The translations under genes and the position numbers were made by a program. The notes below the pieces were generated by a model, which was not told the DNA's origin, did not search any database, and was given only the letters and a program-made list of their open reading frames with translations. DNA of 64,000 bases from a virus. Below, in pieces: positions 36,776-45,555 of the stretch. How positions within the stretch are numbered: position 1 is the stretch's first letter; every line of letters begins with the position of its first letter. The stretch covers positions 1-64,000 of the IMG/VR virus record IMGVR_UViG_3300045971_000895, one strand, 5' to 3'.

Positions 36776-37126
36776 AAGGGTGCGGATGGCGTCGAGGAGT
36801 TGTCGCTTCATGAAGGGCTTGGACATGTACTCGTCCACGCCTGCTGCTCGAAGCTTCTTCTCAGACCCTGTGGTGCCGGCCAGCCCGATGATGGGGATGC
36901 TGGTGATGTGGCCTGGCCCTTCGCGAACAGCTTTGACGAACTCGTCGCCGTGCATCTTCGTCATGTAGAAGTCGGTGATGATGAGGTCCGGTTGAACCTC
37001 TCTCACCGCGCTGATGGCGTCGAGTCCATCACTGGCCAAGTCGACGTCGTAGCCTTCCTCAACGAGGATCGACTTCAGCATCGACCGGATGAGGTCATTG
37101 TCGTCGACCAGCAGGATGCGGGGCAT
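36761..37126 (-). CDS. stand-alone CheY-like response-regulator receiver domain
   Basis: LLVDDND; phospho-acceptor context LIITDFYM; conserved T in IIGLAGTT and K in YMSKPF. Trimmed to ATG 37126. Confidence 0.65.
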   Translation of the reverse strand: MPRILLVDDNDLIRSMLKSILVEEGYDVDLASDGLDAISAVREVQPDLIITDFYMTKMHGDEFVKAVREGPGHITSIPIIGLAGTTGSEKKLRAAGVDEYMSKPFMKRQLLDAIRTLLQKK

Positions 37127-37173
37127 GCGCCCATCATCCACGACTACGGGAGCAGTGGGTAGCTTTCCCCCAA

Positions 37174-39285
37174 CTACCCGACCGGGCACCCGCCTTTGCA
37201 TTCCACTTCGACCATCGTGACCTCCTTGCGACCGCCCCATGCGTCAAACTGTTCCTTCGTGATGCGCTCGAGCGGGGCGTTGCGGCGGCTCTTGTCGGGG
37301 AAGATGGTCGTCCCCTTCAGCTGACCGTGGTACTGCATCAGCGTGTGCTCCATCTCCTCCTCCGTGGGCATCATGTGGGGAGGGAGGTTCACGGTGTGGG
37401 AGATGGCGTTGTCCGCCCACACGTCTTGGAGCATGGCTTGGACGCGGAGCGAATCCTCGAACGGGATGTCGTCCTGCGCCTCGATGATGGTGGGATCCAT
37501 GCCCTCGGCCACGACCTTGGAGACCAGCGGGTCCTCGCAGTAGAAGTCGACGATGGTGGTGTTGCGGGCGTCGGGGTCCGTGTACGTCGTGTACCCCTCG
37601 AGCTTCTTGATGGCGAGCTCGGGGTCCATGTCGCTGTAGCGCACCCGGCGGATGAACCAGGGCGCGTAGACCGCTTGGTCGCCGGCGCTGGTGCCGGTGA
37701 GGGCGGTGAGGGTGCCGGTGGGGGCGATGGTCGTCGTCTTCACCGGAACTGGGATGCCGAGGATCTGCGAGTAGCGGTAGGCCTCGTGGGCCACTCGATC
37801 CTTGCCCCTCTTCAGCGCACGCTTCACTTCGGGGGAGCTGTGCGAGGCGCTGTACTTGATGCCGCGCAGGGCGAGGAAGCCGTGGTAGCCGAAGAAGCCG
37901 ACGCCGATGCGACGGTTCCGGTCCACCACCTCACGCTGCCGCGGGTTCGGGATGTCGCCGAAGGTGGCCCGCATGAGCCAGCGGGTCATCAGGCGGAACC
38001 CTTCCTCCATCTGCGCCGGAGACTTCATGGCGAACGCCTGCATGTTGATGTGGCCGAGGTTGCAGTTCTCCCACATCTGGAGACCGATCTCGCCACAGGG
38101 GTTCGGGCAGAACATCAGCGACGGGTCCCGCTCCCCCTTCATCGCCAGCGAGCGGTTCCAGAAGCCGGGCTCGCCGTTGCTGCGGCAGCCGAGGACGATG
38201 GCGCGAGCCACGTCACGGGCGTGCTGGTAGCCCTCGTTGTAGGCCCTCTCGAACTCGTCGTCGGTCTCCACCGAGATGTTGGTGGTCCAGTGCGACCCGT
38301 CCTCGCGCTTGCAGTTGATGAACTCGAAGATGTCCTTGTCCATCCAGTTCTTCACGGACATGCGGGAGGAGCGACGCTTCCCGCCGGCGACCACGCAGGC
38401 AGACGACGTGTGGTCGAGGATCATCGCATCGACGCTGGTGAGCTTGCGGTCGAAGCAGGAGTTCAGGTGCTTGGTGAAGTCCGAGAGCATCGAGACGAGC
38501 GGCCCGGGGCCGCAGGCGATGCCACCAGAGGTCTTGAGCGGAGCGCCGCGGGGGCGGATCTGGGAGACGTCGAGGACCAGCTTCGCCTCGCGAGAGAAGG
38601 TCCCAGTCGCCGTCCAGGCGTGCTGCATGATGAGGTCTTGAGCCTGGACCCAACCCTCACGCGTGTCGGGCACGACGAAGACCTTCCCGTGGTTCGGGCG
38701 GTCGTCATGCACCACCGGCGTGATGAGGTGGTAGAACTCCTCGAGGTTCGGGTGGTCGGGCTGGCAGACGATGTGGAGGTCGATGCCCGTCTCCAGCTTG
38801 GGCATCGTGTCCATGTAGCGGTTGGAGTAGTTGCTGCCCACTCCGCCGCCCTGCATCAGCGAGTCGAAGGTAAAGCCGAAGTGATCCCACGGCACCTTCG
38901 GATCCCAGCCAGCTGCGTGGCAGTTGAAGAGGAACTCTCGTCCCTTGACGCCGCTGGCGTTGAGGTGACGTCCGGCAGGGAGGCCCCCAAACTGAAGAAG
39001 CAGCTCGATGAGCTGCTCCACCTCCCCCTTCTCGATGAGTCCTGCGGCGACGAGCTGCTCCAGATACTGCTCGTCGTGGATGATGCCTGCTGCGCTGGCC
39101 GGCTGTGACCTCGCGGCCAGCATCACGTTGCCGATGACGGTGCGGATGACCGTCTCGTGCCAGTTCTCCTTGCGACCGTCGACCTTCACCTGGCTGTAGG
39201 TCCGACGATAGACCGGCTCACCGATGGGGCCCCAAGGCGTGCGGACTTCCTTGTACTTGGCGAGCAGCTGGTCCTTGACGTTCAT
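37174..39285 (-). CDS. nrdJ: class II adenosylcobalamin-dependent ribonucleotide reductase
   Basis: 703 aa. Catalytic-site context NPCGEIGLQMWENCNLGHIN; overall NrdJ-like length and order. Confidence 0.8.
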   Translation of the reverse strand: MNVKDQLLAKYKEVRTPWGPIGEPVYRRTYSQVKVDGRKENWHETVIRTVIGNVMLAARSQPASAAGIIHDEQYLEQLVAAGLIEKGEVEQLIELLLQFGGLPAGRHLNASGVKGREFLFNCHAAGWDPKVPWDHFGFTFDSLMQGGGVGSNYSNRYMDTMPKLETGIDLHIVCQPDHPNLEEFYHLITPVVHDDRPNHGKVFVVPDTREGWVQAQDLIMQHAWTATGTFSREAKLVLDVSQIRPRGAPLKTSGGIACGPGPLVSMLSDFTKHLNSCFDRKLTSVDAMILDHTSSACVVAGGKRRSSRMSVKNWMDKDIFEFINCKREDGSHWTTNISVETDDEFERAYNEGYQHARDVARAIVLGCRSNGEPGFWNRSLAMKGERDPSLMFCPNPCGEIGLQMWENCNLGHINMQAFAMKSPAQMEEGFRLMTRWLMRATFGDIPNPRQREVVDRNRRIGVGFFGYHGFLALRGIKYSASHSSPEVKRALKRGKDRVAHEAYRYSQILGIPVPVKTTTIAPTGTLTALTGTSAGDQAVYAPWFIRRVRYSDMDPELAIKKLEGYTTYTDPDARNTTIVDFYCEDPLVSKVVAEGMDPTIIEAQDDIPFEDSLRVQAMLQDVWADNAISHTVNLPPHMMPTEEEMEHTLMQYHGQLKGTTIFPDKSRRNAPLERITKEQFDAWGGRKEVTMVEVECKGGCPVG

Positions 39286-39544
39286 GTGCGCTCCAGAGGC
39301 AATAGGTATCCCACAGGCTCGGGGCCAGTAGGTACACGTTGAGTGTTAGGAGGAGAAGAAGCGGTGGGCGAGAAGTGCGTGCGCCACGTAGTCCCCGATT
39401 CAGTGCTACGAGTTCTCCATCGGTCGGCTTGCAGTCCGAATCGACGGTGAGATTCGTTATACGCCCCACCCCTACCCCTGCAAAGAAAGACCTGCGGGAA
39501 GGTGGGAGAGCTAAGGAATCCGGGACCTTTCCCCTACTCGGCCC

Positions 39545-39590
39545 GGGCTCTACCCGACACGAGATAGACGCGTGTGTGCGGGTAGAGCCC
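39545..39590. other. extended GC-rich palindromic hairpin inside a 330-bp non-coding region
   Basis: gggctctacccg ... cgggtagagccc is a perfect 12-bp inverted repeat. An inner acacg/cgtgt pairing makes a bipartite stem. Confidence 0.45.
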
Positions 39591-39616
39591 TTCTGCCGAA
39601 CCTCTGGCGGTTTTGG

Positions 39617-40195
39617 TTACGCTGCTTTCGCCTGCCTCAAGGCGTCCGAAAGGATGGGAGAAGCGTACCTGCTTCTTGACGTGTCTTGGATGGTCAGTAC
39701 TACGGCTTCCAGGCACTGGTCGATGTCGTCGACGCAGAACAGCCTGCGCTCAATCTTCTCGTACGGGATGCCGCTCCTCTCCGACAAGGTGCGCAGCAGG
39801 GCGCCGACTTGTCCGTGCTCGTGACGGGCCTGCATGCGAAGCAGGAAGTACCAGAGGACGATGTCGTCCTTGCGGCTCACGTACCAGAACTCGTCCAAGT
39901 TCTGGTACTTCGCCGGCAGCAGATCCTTTGGGACAGGCACCTCACTGAGGTTGCCGACTCCCATCTCGAGAGCCTTGTTCTCCGTCACAGGCTCGGGTTC
40001 GTTGAAGGGTTCACGCAGGCGTTTCGAAAGTCCTTTCTCGAAGACAGGGTTCACATCCACGACCTCACGCGCGTGTGCGTGGTCCGATCTCTGCTTAGCG
40101 GCCAGCAGCTTTATCGCGATGATGGCCATCACGCCCGCCTTCACCATCGCGTAGCCCGCGGCGCCGGCGGCGGCGACTGCCAGAACTGGGAACAT
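39617..40195 (-). CDS. membrane-anchored hypothetical protein
   Basis: N-terminal Ala/Gly-rich transmembrane helix; 192 aa. Confidence 0.5.
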   Translation of the reverse strand: MFPVLAVAAAGAAGYAMVKAGVMAIIAIKLLAAKQRSDHAHAREVVDVNPVFEKGLSKRLREPFNEPEPVTENKALEMGVGNLSEVPVPKDLLPAKYQNLDEFWYVSRKDDIVLWYFLLRMQARHEHGQVGALLRTLSERSGIPYEKIERRLFCVDDIDQCLEAVVLTIQDTSRSRYASPILSDALRQAKAA

Positions 40196-40354
40196 GTTTC
40201 ACCTCAGCGTAGGGGTTGGGAATCGGGCTCTTCGTGAGCGCTTTGGCTCACAGCCTTATGCCTACACTCGGCCCCAGATTGCCTTGAAGTTCTTGGAGTT
40301 GCCGGGGTCAGGGTGCTACCTTGACCAGAAGCCCATCGGCCCTGAGGGAGGGGC

Positions 40355-43300
40355 ATGCTCTCCAGTAACGACGTAGCCGCGATGTTCTCTGCTCAGGGCC
40401 AGAACTTCGCCCAGCAGAACTACTACGCGCAGACGGTGGGGATCTCGAACCCTGCCATGTCCATTGGGGCCTACCGGGGCACGGGGATCCAGAGCGGCTT
40501 CCAGCCGGCGGGCCCTTCCTTCCCTGGCGTGCGTCCCCCGCCTCCTTCCTTCAGCTACGCCAACGGTGGAGCGTTCGGTCCGGGCTACGGTTCGGGCAAC
40601 AACGTCGCCGGGCACATGATGTCGGGCATGGGGGCCGCAGCCACTCTCGGCGGCATCGGCATGGGCATGATGATCCCCGGCCTCGACCCCATCTCCGGGT
40701 TCATGGGCGGGATGAAGGCGGCAGGCGGCTTCGGTATGCGCGGCGTGATGGGCGGCATGGGCGCCGCCGCTCTCCCCCTTGCTGGCGCGATGCTGGCTGC
40801 TCACACCGTCGGGTCCTTCGTCGGTGGCGGCCAGCAGCAAGCTCAGATCGCCAACCAGCTCGGCGGCTTCCAGTTCAACAATCCTGCGTCACGCACCGGC
40901 CAGGGCTTCACCCGCCAAGACTCCAGCGACATCGGCAGCTCCATCCGCAGCATGGCCCACATCCCGGACATGCTCACCTCCGTGGAGGAGCTCACTCGTC
41001 TGCTGCCCACGATGCGTCGGGCTGGTGTGATGAGCGGGGTGAAGGACGCAGCCGAGTTCAACCGGCGATTCAAGGAGACGGTCACCACCCTCCGCGACAT
41101 GTCGAAGATGATGGGCACCACGATGGAGGAGGCTTCTCAGTTCTTCGAGCACAACCGGCAGATCGGGATGTCGGGGAAGACGTCCCAGCTCCGCAACACC
41201 CTCAACGCCCAGTTCACCTCCGGCATGACCGGGATGACGATGGGCCAGACGATGGGCATGCAGCAGGGCGGAGCGCAGATCGCTCGCCAGTTCGGGGCTC
41301 GAGGTGCTTCGGGTGCTCAGGGCGTCACCAACATGGCGCAGGGGATCCAGGGCGCGCTCGAGGCAGGCTTCCTCGACCAGGACACGCTCACCGACGTCAC
41401 GGGGCTTCAGGGCGCGGAAGCTGTCGGCGCGGCATCACAGAAGATGTACGGCTTCATGGCCAACCTTTCGCAGACAGCCCCCGGCCGCCTCATCATGGCT
41501 GGCGCGATGACGAGGGGCAAAGACGGCAAGGTGAAGCTCGACGAGGAGCTGATCAAGAAGCTGAACCGCGGTGAGATCACCGTCGACCAGCTCAAGGCCC
41601 GTGCGGGCAGCCTGTCAGACAACGACAAGATCAGCTTCGCGGCCAACGCCAAGAACCTCGGAGGCCAGTTCGCAGGACAGGTCGACCTTCCGAAGTTCAT
41701 GCAGGGCCTCGTCGGGGGGAAGGGACAGGAGGCGGCAAGCCTTCTCCTCCAGCAGTACTCCGGCGGCCAGATGTCGGAGTCCGACGTCTCGCTGATGACG
41801 TCCATGGGCAAGGGCAACCAGGGCGTCGACATGGAGAGCTTCAAGGGCGTCCGCAGCCGCGAGATGCAGATCCGGGAGAGCACCGACCCCGAGATCATGT
41901 GGAAGAGGCTCAAGACCAAGATGCACAACGCCACGTTCGGTCGCGCCGAGAAGGCGGGTGCGGACGTCTACTCCTCCATCGGCAAGATGTACGACAACTT
42001 CATCGACGACTTGGTTGGTCGCCACGTCGTCGCGCTCTCGAAAGAAGGAGCGAAGGCGCTCCAGCAGGGCATGTCCGGAGCGGGCGGCAAGGAGATGCGG
42101 GACATGTTCGCCGCGGCCCACGGCCTCAAGCCGGGCTCCGACATCGGCAGCAGCTTCGGGGAGAGCGGCTTCGCCAACACTGTGCGTGGCTGGGGAGCGG
42201 CCTCTGGCACGTCCGGACTCACCTCGTTCGGACAGAACAAGCAGGCAGCCGGTCTGGTCGGGGCCGGCGGGTCCCTTCTCGCCAAGATCAACGACCTCGC
42301 AGACTCCGGGCGTCTCGTCACCGCCGCAGGCAAGGCCTCCGCGGAAGATCTTCGTATGCTGAAGGTCAAGATCAACAAGGACACGGGCGGGGGGTTCAAC
42401 GAGGCTGACCATGATGTGAGGTCGCAGATGACTCGGGAGGGGATGGCCAAGGTCATCGCTGCCTCGATGCGCGAGAAGGGCTACGGCGTTACCTCCAATG
42501 GTGACGACGGAGTGGCCGACCTCGAAGGCATGCTCCTGAGCGGAGACACCAAGGGCATCGAAAGCCTCACTGGGAAGTCGATGGCTGACCTCGGGGCCGA
42601 CCTGGGGGACACCGCAGGAGGCCGCTTCGTGCGGACTGGGGTGTCCCACCGGACGGAGAAGGGCGGCCTCATGAACGACTTCCTGAGCGGCGCTCTCCAC
42701 TCCACCGAGCAGAACGTCATGAAGGTCAGTGCGCGCGAGGCCGCCGGAGGGAGCGCTGTCTCGAAGTACATCAAGACCCGAGACATCGATTCCCTCCGGA
42801 AGGATGCCGAGTCCGAGCTGGGCAACCTCTCGGGGGACAGCCGGGCCATCGTTCGTGGGAGCGCCAACGTTCGGTCCATCGCCCTTGGGATGCTTCAGAG
42901 CAAGACAAAGAAGGACCAGATCGAGGCCATCCTCCACGGCAACGACAACGGGGAGGATCGTGCTCTGGCGCTGTCCAAGATCGGAGTGGCCGTCAGTTCG
43001 CAGGAGGCTGACCAGCTCTATCAACTCACGTTGGACAGCGGCTTCACGAAGGCGGAGAAGGGCATCTCTATGTTCCACGCCGCTGGTGCCCTTGGAGACA
43101 AGTGGATCGGCGAGAACAAGATGGGAGATGTCGCGAAGGGTCTCCGCGAAGGAATCGGCGCTCTGAAGGAAGGGGAGAAGGGGTCTCCGGAAGCGGGCAT
43201 TGCCGGAGCCCTCTCTACTGCCGCGAGCGCCTACAGCGCGGACTGGAACGACAAGACAGCGAAGGGGTGGAAGGGCGCTCTTCAGAAGACCATCGCCAGC

Positions 43301-43816
43301 TACCAAGGGGCAGATGACGAGGGGAAGAAGAAGCTGCTCAAGGCCCTGGGCCCTGCCGCCGCTGCCGCCATCCAAAGCGCGGCTGGAGTCGAGAAGAACC
43401 TCTCCGGTCTCGAAGGCTCGCAAGTCACGATGGATCAGCTTGTTCAGCGGGGGATGAGCCCTGGAGAAGTCCTCAACGCAGCCCCAGGGGCCGCGGAGAA
43501 CGGCGTCAACCTCACTCCCTCCATGATCTCGAAGCTCGCCGGCTCTCGTGCTGCCTCCGGCCTTGCTGGAAGCTACGGCGCAAAGGAGGGTGCGGCGGAG
43601 ACTGGTCGCGAGATGGTCAAGGTACTGAAAGACATCTCTGCGAACTCCGACAAGTCGGTGGCCTTGATGACTGTCGTGGCGGCCCAAGCGATCGGTCTCA
43701 ACATCCAAGGCGACGCAAACGAGACCGTCAACTCTCTACGCGCCAACTACGGCAAGGAGAAGAACACCCCCGGGCTGACCTTGGATGACGTCAAGAAGAA
43801 GATAGGGATGAAATGA
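40355..43816 (+). CDS. large Gly/Met/Ala-rich virion protein (tape-measure or internal-protein-like)
   Basis: 1153 aa; Gly/Met-rich N-terminal 150 aa, then a long alpha-helical Ala/Gly/Lys-rich region; heads the plus-strand structural block. Confidence 0.6.
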   Translation: MLSSNDVAAMFSAQGQNFAQQNYYAQTVGISNPAMSIGAYRGTGIQSGFQPAGPSFPGVRPPPPSFSYANGGAFGPGYGSGNNVAGHMMSGMGAAATLGGIGMGMMIPGLDPISGFMGGMKAAGGFGMRGVMGGMGAAALPLAGAMLAAHTVGSFVGGGQQQAQIANQLGGFQFNNPASRTGQGFTRQDSSDIGSSIRSMAHIPDMLTSVEELTRLLPTMRRAGVMSGVKDAAEFNRRFKETVTTLRDMSKMMGTTMEEASQFFEHNRQIGMSGKTSQLRNTLNAQFTSGMTGMTMGQTMGMQQGGAQIARQFGARGASGAQGVTNMAQGIQGALEAGFLDQDTLTDVTGLQGAEAVGAASQKMYGFMANLSQTAPGRLIMAGAMTRGKDGKVKLDEELIKKLNRGEITVDQLKARAGSLSDNDKISFAANAKNLGGQFAGQVDLPKFMQGLVGGKGQEAASLLLQQYSGGQMSESDVSLMTSMGKGNQGVDMESFKGVRSREMQIRESTDPEIMWKRLKTKMHNATFGRAEKAGADVYSSIGKMYDNFIDDLVGRHVVALSKEGAKALQQGMSGAGGKEMRDMFAAAHGLKPGSDIGSSFGESGFANTVRGWGAASGTSGLTSFGQNKQAAGLVGAGGSLLAKINDLADSGRLVTAAGKASAEDLRMLKVKINKDTGGGFNEADHDVRSQMTREGMAKVIAASMREKGYGVTSNGDDGVADLEGMLLSGDTKGIESLTGKSMADLGADLGDTAGGRFVRTGVSHRTEKGGLMNDFLSGALHSTEQNVMKVSAREAAGGSAVSKYIKTRDIDSLRKDAESELGNLSGDSRAIVRGSANVRSIALGMLQSKTKKDQIEAILHGNDNGEDRALALSKIGVAVSSQEADQLYQLTLDSGFTKAEKGISMFHAAGALGDKWIGENKMGDVAKGLREGIGALKEGEKGSPEAGIAGALSTAASAYSADWNDKTAKGWKGALQKTIASYQGADDEGKKKLLKALGPAAAAAIQSAAGVEKNLSGLEGSQVTMDQLVQRGMSPGEVLNAAPGAAENGVNLTPSMISKLAGSRAASGLAGSYGAKEGAAETGREMVKVLKDISANSDKSVALMTVVAAQAIGLNIQGDANETVNSLRANYGKEKNTPGLTLDDVKKKIGMK

Positions 43817-44016
43817 GAGAGATCATCGAACAGGATATGGTTGTCGATGGGAAGGTCGTTCGCGTGACCCTCATCAACGACCCCAACATTGACGACGTCC
43901 TCATCGGCGAGTCGCAGGACTACGCTTATGGTCTCTCGAGTGGTACGACTTCCCCGGACCGCCGAGTGGTGAGAAGCGTTCGCGAGATCTTCCTGATGTT
44001 CGGGGTGCAGCGATGA
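43813..44016 (+). CDS. hypothetical small protein
   Basis: ATGA overlap. Confidence 0.4.
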   Translation: MREIIEQDMVVDGKVVRVTLINDPNIDDVLIGESQDYAYGLSSGTTSPDRRVVRSVREIFLMFGVQR

Positions 44017-44025
44017 GGAGTTCCC

Positions 44026-45465
44026 ATGGCTGCTAGCGCCGCAACGAAGGCCACGGCGAAGGCCAAGCCGTCGACGCCAGCGAAGGTCAACGGCCCCGCC
44101 CTGATGAAGGTCGGAGTTCCCCCCGAGCGCTTCACGAAGGCAAACCAGAGTACGTCGTGGGCCGCTCGAGGGATGGCCAACGTGCGAAGGCCTACGAATG
44201 GCATCACTCTGCGGGAGGAGACCTTCGCGTCGATTCGCGTAGTGTCTGGGGACGGGATCAACCAGAAGATCATCGACGCCGGTAGTCGCCTCAAGGACGG
44301 GACCAATCCTCTCCAGGTCACGGTCGGAGACAAGACCTACGTCGCCAACGAGACCTACTCGAACTTCCTCCTTCAGAACATTGCAGAAGAGCGCAACGAG
44401 AAGGTGCAGGTCCTCGAAACCTTCGGCGAGCCTTACATCTTCCTTTACGGGGAGAGGCCGCGCATCTTGAACTGCCAGGGCATCTTGCTCAACACCTTCG
44501 ACTTCAACTGGGAAGCCGAGTGGTGGGCCAACTACGACAACTTCCTTCGTGGCACGAAGTGCGTCGAGAACGATGCTCGCGTCTACCTCGCCTTCGACAA
44601 CACCCTGGTCGGGGGCTACATCCTCTCTTCGAGCGCCACAAAGAACTCGCAGGAGAGGCACTTCGTCCAGTTCCAGTTCCAGCTCTTCGTCACCTACTAC
44701 GAGAGCTTCTCCAACCTGGGGGACCCCTACGTCGCCGGCAGCGACACCCCCAGCTTCCCCGTCAATGACGCGACCTTCGCTTCGGACCGTCCGAAGAACC
44801 CCATCGACTGGGCCTTCGAGTCTGGGGTTCGGGTCGTGGTAGGCCCCGACGGAGAGACGACGACGGCGATGACCCTCGAAGGGGCAGTTGCCGCAGCAGC
44901 GCCCAGTACGCTTGCGGCCGCATGGCGTGCCGTTCAGCAGACTACTCGTTCCGTCTTGAGTACCGCGTCCCAGGTCTGGGAAGGCGAAGTCATCAAGGTG
45001 CCTGATGGTTTCGCTGGGATGTTCGCCTACGACGAGCCCGTGGCGGTGAAGGAGTCGGGGCTTCAGACTGCGAAGATCGTCACCTACACCACCTTCTCCG
45101 AGAACGATGCCGAGTACGTGGGCTTCAGCTCTCATTACGGATCCTCGGAGCTTCGCTTCGACTCTCTCGATAGCGGGAGCTTGGCCGTTCAGTACGGTGA
45201 GAGTCAGCGCGCGTCCAAGCAAGCCGCTGACTTCTTCTTGGAGAATGGAATCATCCCGGGCTCCGGTGTTACCGAGACGCTCGGCAAGATCGTGAAGGTG
45301 GCCCGTGCAGCCCTGGTTGCTGTGAACGCTGCTACCGCCATCGCTGTGTTCGCTCGTCGAGGGGTTCAGCCCGCGGCCCCAGACATGACTGGCTCGGTCT
45401 TCAACTGGAATGACAACTACGGCGGCGCCCTCAAGCGATCTGCCAGCAACTCCTACCCGGAGTAG
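44026..45465 (+). CDS. virion structural protein (distal-tail or baseplate candidate)
   Basis: 479 aa; position after the large protein; beta-rich composition. Confidence 0.55.
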   Translation: MAASAATKATAKAKPSTPAKVNGPALMKVGVPPERFTKANQSTSWAARGMANVRRPTNGITLREETFASIRVVSGDGINQKIIDAGSRLKDGTNPLQVTVGDKTYVANETYSNFLLQNIAEERNEKVQVLETFGEPYIFLYGERPRILNCQGILLNTFDFNWEAEWWANYDNFLRGTKCVENDARVYLAFDNTLVGGYILSSSATKNSQERHFVQFQFQLFVTYYESFSNLGDPYVAGSDTPSFPVNDATFASDRPKNPIDWAFESGVRVVVGPDGETTTAMTLEGAVAAAAPSTLAAAWRAVQQTTRSVLSTASQVWEGEVIKVPDGFAGMFAYDEPVAVKESGLQTAKIVTYTTFSENDAEYVGFSSHYGSSELRFDSLDSGSLAVQYGESQRASKQAADFFLENGIIPGSGVTETLGKIVKVARAALVAVNAATAIAVFARRGVQPAAPDMTGSVFNWNDNYGGALKRSASNSYPE

Positions 45466-45555
45466 CCCCTGTCCGCCATCGGCAAACCACTTCGCCTCCG
45501 GCTCTTCCTCGAGGGCGTCGAGATTCCCATCGTCGCGGCTCAAGTCTCGATCGGG

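Noticed and set aside
39286-39616. tRNA or cobalamin riboswitch in the long gap upstream of nrdJ
   Set aside because: I found no cloverleaf with a GTTCRANYC-type T-loop and no B12-box (GCCACTG-like core) on either strand. A regulatory structure remains possible, and it is listed under findings.
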